Part shown: one piece after another, positions 59,537 through 64,000 of the stretch | Position numbering within the stretch: position 1 is the first letter of the stretch | How the letters are laid out: every line of letters starts with the position of its first letter | Assembly (NCBI GenBank): GCA_965205975.1 | Contig: OZ242195.1 | Location: 2,112,001-2,176,000, forward strand | Direction of reading: 5' to 3' | DNA length: 64,000 nucleotides | Origin: Candidatus Latescibacterota bacterium | Lineage (GTDB): Bacteria; Latescibacterota; UBA2968 | Translations under genes and position numbers: made by a program | Notes under the pieces: model-generated | The model's database searches: none | The model's input: the letters and a program-made list of their open reading frames with translations, nothing else | Told to the model about the DNA's origin: nothing

Positions 59537-59764
59537 ATGAAGCGCGTATTGTCCAAACCTCAGCACGAGGTTGCGAACTCTGTTCTCGCGTATCAGGACG
59601 AGGACGACGAGCAAGATTGTTCTGGTTCGTACTGGTACGCAAACAATCAGTGGTTCGCGCATTGGCCCTGTGATGCCGTCTGTGAAGACCATGATTGCTG
59701 GGAAAGAGAAGGCGCAGGGTCTTGCACATTGGTTTCTGATGGCAGCGAGCAAACATGTTACTGA
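59537..59764 (+). CDS. Putative RiPP precursor peptide 2 (6 Cys, 4 Trp)
   Basis: AAGGAG RBS + ATG; leader MKRVLSKPQHEVANSVLAY then an acidic Cys-rich core. Confidence 0.8.
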   Translation: MKRVLSKPQHEVANSVLAYQDEDDEQDCSGSYWYANNQWFAHWPCDAVCEDHDCWEREGAGSCTLVSDGSEQTCY

Positions 59765-59994
59765 TTTCATTGTTTCGTGGTGAGTTTATTCCAAATTCTA
59801 AGGAATACTTTCCCTAGAAATCAGGAAGGTATAGGTGACAGGGCAACGCATTTCTGTAGTGTGTTGTCCTGTTTCATATTGACACGCACGATATTTGACT
59901 TGATGATGCGTTATTTCAGAGGCTATATTACAATCATATGTGGGCACTGCCCTTTCGCGGATGACTATTTGAATCTCATAATGGGGTGTAAAAC

Positions 59995-61206
59995 ATGAAA
60001 CGATCGGTAATATGTCTTTGTTTTTTTTTCTGTGCTTTGGCAGGAGGCTGTCAATCCGAAAAAGAGCTAGCTTTACCTGAGGAAGAAGATCAAGCAAAGA
60101 TACCTGATCAAGCAAAAAAATTTGCTCTACAAAAGGCCTCAAAAATTCTACTCGTGGAAAACCCAGATGACCCAATCGGAGTCATCAAAGGGCTCCGCGT
60201 TGACCAAGACCGCATCTATCTGATGGATACGAGTCAAAAAAAAATTATGGTTTTTACAACCGAAGGCAAATTCATTCGCTCAATTGGGCGGCAGGGTGGT
60301 GGACCGGGTGAGTTTCGTCAGTTATTTACCATGGATGTAAGAGACGGTTTAATTGCTTGTTTTGACCAAGCCAGACGTCGAATTACGCTGTTTGACAGTT
60401 CAGGCGTCTTTTTGAACTCCTTTGGAGCACGCACCAAAGAGTCTGCTCCTGCAGGGAACTGCATAAGCATTACACCAGATAGAACACTTTTGCTTTGCCA
60501 TGCATCGTCAAAATCGCCAAAAAAACAAATAGCAGAACACAATTATCCCTGGTTAATATGCGAATTTGACACGCTTGGTAATGTTTTTTCTTATTTTGCC
60601 CCGTACAATAACAAGATATTGGGAGATAAACTTGAAAGACCATTGCAAGAATATGAGTTTTCTTTTGCCCAGTTTCACGCACTTAGTTCAAACATAACAC
60701 ATCTTTGGAGAGGAAATATTCCGATTGTCATTGTATATAACCATCAATCCATCGCGAGAACTATAGATGTTAGAACGGCTCTTACCAAATCTAAATTTAG
60801 AGAAAAGAGAGAAAATGTTCATCAATCACAGAAACCAACCGCATCAAGCCTTCGAGCTATGGCGGAGAAACTGCGGAAAAATCCTCGTATAGAAACTTCT
60901 GTAAGGGACGTACTGTTTGACGAGGCGCATTCATTGTTGCTCGTTTTGCAGCAAAAACGCACATATCGAGGCAGTGGGCCAGGAGGAGTAGGTTCGGAAG
61001 ATGCGTACTTCTTAAGTCTCTTTAACTATGATTCAGGACAAAATATCCTATCAGATATGCGATTTCCAGACCGCGAAGAACAGCCAACGTATGTCAGAAT
61101 GGATATTGATGATTCTGGAGCTATTTATTGTATTGAAAATGACGCACCTGATAACCACGTCATTGGGAAGTATCGCCTTGTCAAAGAAAACGCGAAAAAG
61201 GAGTAA
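59995..61206 (+). CDS. 6-bladed beta-propeller lipoprotein, subtype B
   Basis: Lipobox LAGGC; GRQGGGPGEF. Confidence 0.85.
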   Translation: MKRSVICLCFFFCALAGGCQSEKELALPEEEDQAKIPDQAKKFALQKASKILLVENPDDPIGVIKGLRVDQDRIYLMDTSQKKIMVFTTEGKFIRSIGRQGGGPGEFRQLFTMDVRDGLIACFDQARRRITLFDSSGVFLNSFGARTKESAPAGNCISITPDRTLLLCHASSKSPKKQIAEHNYPWLICEFDTLGNVFSYFAPYNNKILGDKLERPLQEYEFSFAQFHALSSNITHLWRGNIPIVIVYNHQSIARTIDVRTALTKSKFREKRENVHQSQKPTASSLRAMAEKLRKNPRIETSVRDVLFDEAHSLLLVLQQKRTYRGSGPGGVGSEDAYFLSLFNYDSGQNILSDMRFPDREEQPTYVRMDIDDSGAIYCIENDAPDNHVIGKYRLVKENAKKE

Positions 61207-61551
61207 ATTTAGCGGCACAGGCTACACCAAATTTAATTTAGAAAATACCTTTTACTGGAATTAGACAACAGGACAATGCACTCAAAAAGTGTATTGTCCT
61301 GTTCCTTTTTACCGAATCGCGCTGACATTCATCTCAAGGTCCTGCCATTTTACCCGATTGTCGAAGCGATTCACGCTGCTGTGAACGGCATTGCGCTAAC
61401 GATGAGCGTGATCCTCAGCGGCGTGAGATAGGGAACATTTCAGGCATCAAAAGTTATAGACATAATCCTATAATTGTCTATCCCAATAGAGACAATTTCC
61501 GTGTTTTGTCAGGAACATCTCCAACACCGCGCTTGATTACCCTATTCCGTT

Positions 61552-61664
61552 TTTGCTACAAAAGATACATTTGAGTGTACAAAATAGATACGTGTGGCAG
61601 AAAATGATATTTATAAGGTTTGTGCCGACAATCATAAAGCCATAGATTTAGAAATCGTTACGAT
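61552..61664 (+). promoter_or_regulatory. Second copy of the 113-bp putative promoter/operator
   Basis: Same length as and closely similar to 59305-59417. Confidence 0.65.
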
Positions 61665-61718
61665 ATCTTGGACATCACAATAGGACTTCAGTTTGAATCG
61701 ATTTTGAAAGAGCGTTTT

Positions 61719-62417
61719 ATGGACAAAACCTTAAATCATACCCCCTTAAAATTGCCGATACCCAAAAAGGCGATGATCGGTTTGGGAAGCCTGATTCTCG
61801 TGGGATGGGCAATCATTACAGTTATCTTGTTTGTCGAATATCGCAAAAGCAAGGTGTTGCTTACCGAGTATTCACCTATTGTAGAAAAGTATAATTATTT
61901 TAAGAATTTAGGAGAACAACACAGAACGCTGGAAACGATGACTTTTCCTGAGGCTTCTCTAAGAATCTTGACTGGCGATTCAACAGCAGTAAGCAATCTC
62001 CAGGAAAGAACGGATTACGCTGTTGCGATTCTTTTTACGAAAAATGATTGTTCATCCTGTTTGGAGACCGAGTTGGACTTATGGCAAAAGTTTTACCCCC
62101 ACAATGCAGAAAACCTCGATGTGGTCGCCATAGCCAAAATCACCCCACTGACAACGCGAGAAAAAATTGAAAGAGAACTTGGAGGCCTGTGGAAAGAGCC
62201 TGTTTATTATGATGAAAATAAGCCTTCGCTATTCGAACATCTGAATATTATACATACACCGACTTTGCTATTTTATGAAAAAAGAACGCGCAAAATTATA
62301 TACGCGCACCTCGGAATGGTTGGTGATCGCGTTGGGCCAGAGAGTTTTAAGCAAAAAGTGGCAGCCTGGCTCAAGCTCAAAGGTAAGACAGTAAATCTGG
62401 ACTATGATAAATCTTGA
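61719..62417 (+). CDS. Membrane-anchored thioredoxin-fold protein (TlpA/ResA-like)
   Basis: N-terminal TM, DCSSC, HTPTL cis-Pro motif. Confidence 0.7.
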   Translation: MDKTLNHTPLKLPIPKKAMIGLGSLILVGWAIITVILFVEYRKSKVLLTEYSPIVEKYNYFKNLGEQHRTLETMTFPEASLRILTGDSTAVSNLQERTDYAVAILFTKNDCSSCLETELDLWQKFYPHNAENLDVVAIAKITPLTTREKIERELGGLWKEPVYYDENKPSLFEHLNIIHTPTLLFYEKRTRKIIYAHLGMVGDRVGPESFKQKVAAWLKLKGKTVNLDYDKS

Positions 62418-62561
62418 GGCAATCGGAATGCAGGCTGCGTTGAATGGGTAAATTGACGGGATCATAGCCCTGTGATTTTTGATTAAGAGTGGAGGTTGTT
62501 TTGGACACTTATAGCTCCACTCTTTTTTTGTCGCGCATGTCTTCTCTGTTTGGCGTGTATT

Positions 62562-63008
62562 ATGAGTAATTTCTTAAAAATAGGCATACTGGTCGCCTTT
62601 TCGTCTTTCCTCAGTATTGGAAGCCTCAGCTTTCAGAATACAGATCATCTGTTTCATTCCAAAGATATTCAACCCATTTCTCTACAAGCCGCAAGATGGT
62701 TTTTTGACCAACAGGGCATCGTATTTCTCGATGCGCGGTCTCATCAGGAATACGCTATAGGGCACATACCAGGAGCCATCAATCTGTCTATCTCAAATTT
62801 TGAAAAACAGAAAACCGTTTTGTTAAATATTCCACTCAGTGTCACGATCATTGTGTATTGCTCTGGGGCGACTTGCCAGAGTAGCTTGAAAATTGCGGAA
62901 TGGACAAAGGACTACCTGGGTGATCATAGAAACGTGTACGTATTCCTGGAGGGCTTTCCCGCCTGGGAGAAAGCAAAATTCCCCGTTGCAGTTGAGGAAG
63001 ATCAATAA
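62562..63008 (+). CDS. Rhodanese-like domain protein, likely exported
   Basis: FLDAR...EY..GHIPGA, VYCSGATC, GF.AW. Confidence 0.85.
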   Translation: MSNFLKIGILVAFSSFLSIGSLSFQNTDHLFHSKDIQPISLQAARWFFDQQGIVFLDARSHQEYAIGHIPGAINLSISNFEKQKTVLLNIPLSVTIIVYCSGATCQSSLKIAEWTKDYLGDHRNVYVFLEGFPAWEKAKFPVAVEEDQ

Positions 63009-63496
63009 TGTCCTTCTCTTCCCTGCAAGTCATCATGCGCCTCATTTTGGGAGGTGTATTTTTCTGGGCTGGCATCGTTAAAATACCAGATCTCGAGTTA
63101 TTCTCATATACTGTGCGAGCGTATAATCTATTGCCTGAGTTTCTGATTCTTCCAGTCACAATATTGGTGCCTTGGCTTGAATGCGTCATCGGCCTGTGTT
63201 TGGTCGTGGGGTTTTGGACGCACGCGAGCACGCTCATTGCTTCGGGACTGCTCATTACCTTTGCCGGTGCATTGGGCACTAAAATTTATCAGGGCGTGAA
63301 TATGTCCTGCGGATGCTTTGGCTTTGGTGCTGAACGCGGTTCTTTAGAGTGGGTTCTCTCGCAGGATGTGTTGCTGCTCTCCTTTGCTTTGCTGCTCTTT
63401 TGTAAACAGAAAATTTCATTTTCTCTCGATGAGTATTTGAGCGTCAGAAATTGGCGGTTTAACAACTGCTTAGAAGAAGCTGACTCACTGCCTTAG
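63008..63496 (+). CDS. MauE/DoxX family membrane protein
   Basis: R..LG.VF..AG..KI, PWLE, SCGCFG. Confidence 0.88.
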   Translation: MSFSSLQVIMRLILGGVFFWAGIVKIPDLELFSYTVRAYNLLPEFLILPVTILVPWLECVIGLCLVVGFWTHASTLIASGLLITFAGALGTKIYQGVNMSCGCFGFGAERGSLEWVLSQDVLLLSFALLLFCKQKISFSLDEYLSVRNWRFNNCLEEADSLP

Positions 63497-63550
63497 AGGT
63501 TTATAGGATTATGCTTCGGAGCCTTTTGCCGTGAATTTTAAGGGTGTGAT

Positions 63551-64000
63551 ATGATTCCGCTGATATTCGCTTGCCAGAGACGTTCGGGAGGCACATTTCT
63601 CATAAATCTTGCGCGTACAGCTCTGTTTATTCATCCACAACAATTTGGAAATCATTTTCGGTGTATTCGTCCTAATCGCAAAAAGGAAGATATCTGTAAA
63701 GGGTGGCGCGAAAAACAGGATCCAGAAGAACAAAGTAGATGGCTTCGAGGTTACATTCAGAAACACAAAGTGAAATATATCAAGATCGAGGAGCCGGGTA
63801 TCAATTCATTTGCCGACCATGTAAGAGAGACCTTTCCTGAGGCCCTGTGGCTGACTACCGTGAGAAATATATCACACATCGTTGCCTCACATTATAATAT
63901 TAAATCTTGGGGTGAATCTGTAGATGTTGTTGTTAAACAATGGGAGCAGAATCTTGATTTCTTCGAAAGATTGCAGGAGTCCCAAACGCACACGGCAAAT
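63551..64000 (+). CDS. Sulfotransferase-family protein (partial, runs off the window; absent from the ORF track)
   Basis: MIPLIFACQRRSGGTFL (5'-PSB-like)...FPEALWLTTVRN..HIVASH (3'-PB-like); 150 codons without a stop. Confidence 0.7.
   Translation, partial: MIPLIFACQRRSGGTFLINLARTALFIHPQQFGNHFRCIRPNRKKEDICKGWREKQDPEEQSRWLRGYIQKHKVKYIKIEEPGINSFADHVRETFPEALWLTTVRNISHIVASHYNIKSWGESVDVVVKQWEQNLDFFERLQESQTHTAN

Noticed and set aside
59537..59764. Ranthipeptide/sactipeptide call (CEDHD and CWERE fit Cx3D/E)
   Set aside because: No radical SAM CxxxCxxC protein in the window and peptide 1 lacks the motif; an enzyme beyond the window cannot be excluded
52500..61206. Diversity-generating retroelement behind paralogue variation
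   Set aside because: No reverse transcriptase; differences are spread out and not adenine-specific
52404..61302. Junction hairpins as CRISPR repeats or integron attC sites
   Set aside because: Spacing is 0.6-4 kb with whole genes between; no cas or integrase gene; no consistent RYYYAAC/GTTRRRY ends
61310..61550. Possible third precursor peptide in this or other intergenic gaps
   Set aside because: No NSVLAY-like motif or RBS-led Cys-rich ORF found by eye

Overview
Bacterial genomic window. The left ~43 kb is mostly housekeeping and catabolic: sulfatase-family enzymes, beta-propellers, an FGGY kinase, an acetoin/2-oxoacid dehydrogenase E2-E1a-E1b set, a MoxR/VWA/DUF58/DUF4159/TPR operon, heme A synthase, a Co-type nitrile hydratase operon and three tRNAs. 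It is interrupted by small AT-richer islets carrying toxin-antitoxin and candidate defence genes (2.9-4.9 kb, 10.4-14.4 kb, 19.3-19.9 kb). The sulfatase/PhyH/NHase content and short tandem intergenic repeats resemble marine, possibly sponge-associated, uncultured lineages; this is inference only. The right ~20 kb (43.5-64 kb) is a visibly AT-richer cluster that looks like a ribosomal peptide (RiPP) system. It holds two short Cys/Trp-rich acidic peptides sharing the motif NSVLAY[EQ]DE[ED]D, an S8 protease fused to a DUF1611/TIGR04066-like domain, an ACP, a BtrH-like protein, three glycosyltransferases and an AraC regulator. It also holds five paralogous beta-propeller lipoproteins (one split by an IS3 element), a thioredoxin-like/rhodanese/MauE redox set, a truncated sulfotransferase and a conserved hairpin repeated at the gene junctions. 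All family assignments are from motif recognition, not database searches.
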